64,000 bases of DNA from an uncultured cyanobacterium (GTDB lineage: Bacteria > Cyanobacteriota > Cyanobacteriia > Cyanobacteriales > Cyanobacteriaceae), in contig CAVVOP010000008.1 in NCBI GenBank assembly GCA_963749915.1, positions 32,001-96,000 on the forward strand, in the 5' to 3' direction. The notes under the pieces were generated by a model that saw nothing but the letters and a program-made list of their open reading frames with translations, was not told the origin of the DNA and did not search any database. Shown piece after piece: positions 63,166-64,000 of the stretch; within the stretch, counting starts at the first letter, position 1, and each line of letters opens with the position of its first letter. Position numbers and translations under genes: made by a program.

Positions 63166-63744
63166 ATGACAGAAAAACCTAATTTTTATTTCCCCGAATC
63201 TCACTTAAATATTTTACATGTTGTTAGTGCCATTGCATGGGCTGACGGTGATTTAAGTAAAGCAGAGACAGATATATTAATGGAATTATTTAAGGGAGAT
63301 TTTCCCATAGATCCAGAGCCGATCACCTATTTGGGCGATAATATGACGTTATATGATACTGTGTCAGCAAATCCTGTTATTTACGAACAAATACACAAGA
63401 GAATGGAGGCTGAATTGGCCTTTAAAGATATTCTTAACAGTTACAAGCAAAATCCTGTTCCCTTAGAAGAGTTAGTGGCACCGATAAAAACCATTGAAGA
63501 TCGTTGTTTAGCGGTAAAATTAGCTTATATGGTAATCAAAGCGGGCAATAATCATGATAGTAACTTAATTTGTCCTCAAGAAAAAGCGATTTATCGTCAG
63601 TTAATTCAATTACTAGAAATTGACAATGATTTAGCACAAAAAATTGAATGGGAAGCGGATAAAGAATTAGAAGAATTCCAACACCCTTTTAAGGCATTTA
63701 TGGAAAATCTTAAGAAAATTCTGCTCAAAAAAATCGACATTTAA
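63166..63744 (+). CDS. TerB-like (tellurite resistance family) protein
   Basis: AIAWADGDLSKAE motif; second half VIKA...ICPQEKAIYRQL. Confidence 0.7.
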   Translation: MTEKPNFYFPESHLNILHVVSAIAWADGDLSKAETDILMELFKGDFPIDPEPITYLGDNMTLYDTVSANPVIYEQIHKRMEAELAFKDILNSYKQNPVPLEELVAPIKTIEDRCLAVKLAYMVIKAGNNHDSNLICPQEKAIYRQLIQLLEIDNDLAQKIEWEADKELEEFQHPFKAFMENLKKILLKKIDI

Positions 63745-64000
63745 CTAGATAAATATAGGGTACGAGGGAGGAACGAAATTTTGGTTGGGAATATAAATAG
63801 TTGGGTTTTAAGTAAGGAGTAAGGAGTAACTGGACTTTGGACAAATGAAAACTGATTAGCGTATTTAATACGCTAATTAAAGGGGTGGTTATTTTAAAAC
63901 AGACTTAGGGCATATTTTTCAAGGTTTATCTTCCTCAGTAAAATAGGAAGGATCTGGAGTTATTTCTGTGTCAAAAGAAACCTCCAATAAACTATCTTCT

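Overview
AT-rich chromosomal window from a unicellular cyanobacterium. Evidence for this is the photosystem genes, frequent HIP1 GCGATCGC sites and the split DnaE intein; a Geminocystis/Cyanobacterium-like host is an inference only. Most of the window is housekeeping and photosynthesis genes: sdhA 3' end, rplJL with an L10 leader, pgm, iaaA, glcF, rsmH, fcl, alaS, feoABC, ycf4, dnaE-c, psbDC, trpE, ccsA, rubA-ycf48-psbEFLJ, amt1, cruG and tyrA. Two mobile-element graveyards (about 14.8-17.9 kb and 49.6-52.5 kb) and several MITEs interrupt it. Three observations stand out. (1) A V4R / phycobiliprotein-like globin / 2Fe-2S / TPR operon resembling the Synechocystis slr0144-0151 'Pap' cluster: one globin keeps the bilin-binding C-x-R-D motif, the other is frameshifted, and a small protein carries a triple FFxxxxWQG motif. 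(2) Two 51-nt structured mini-elements nested one inside the other, with compensatory stem changes, inside a heptamer array inside a MITE. (3) Two inverted 254-bp MITEs bracketing a dead IS1 and captured gene fragments, including a HepT/DUF86 toxin piece. No tRNA, rRNA or CRISPR array was seen. All family assignments come from reading motifs and from memory, not from database searches.
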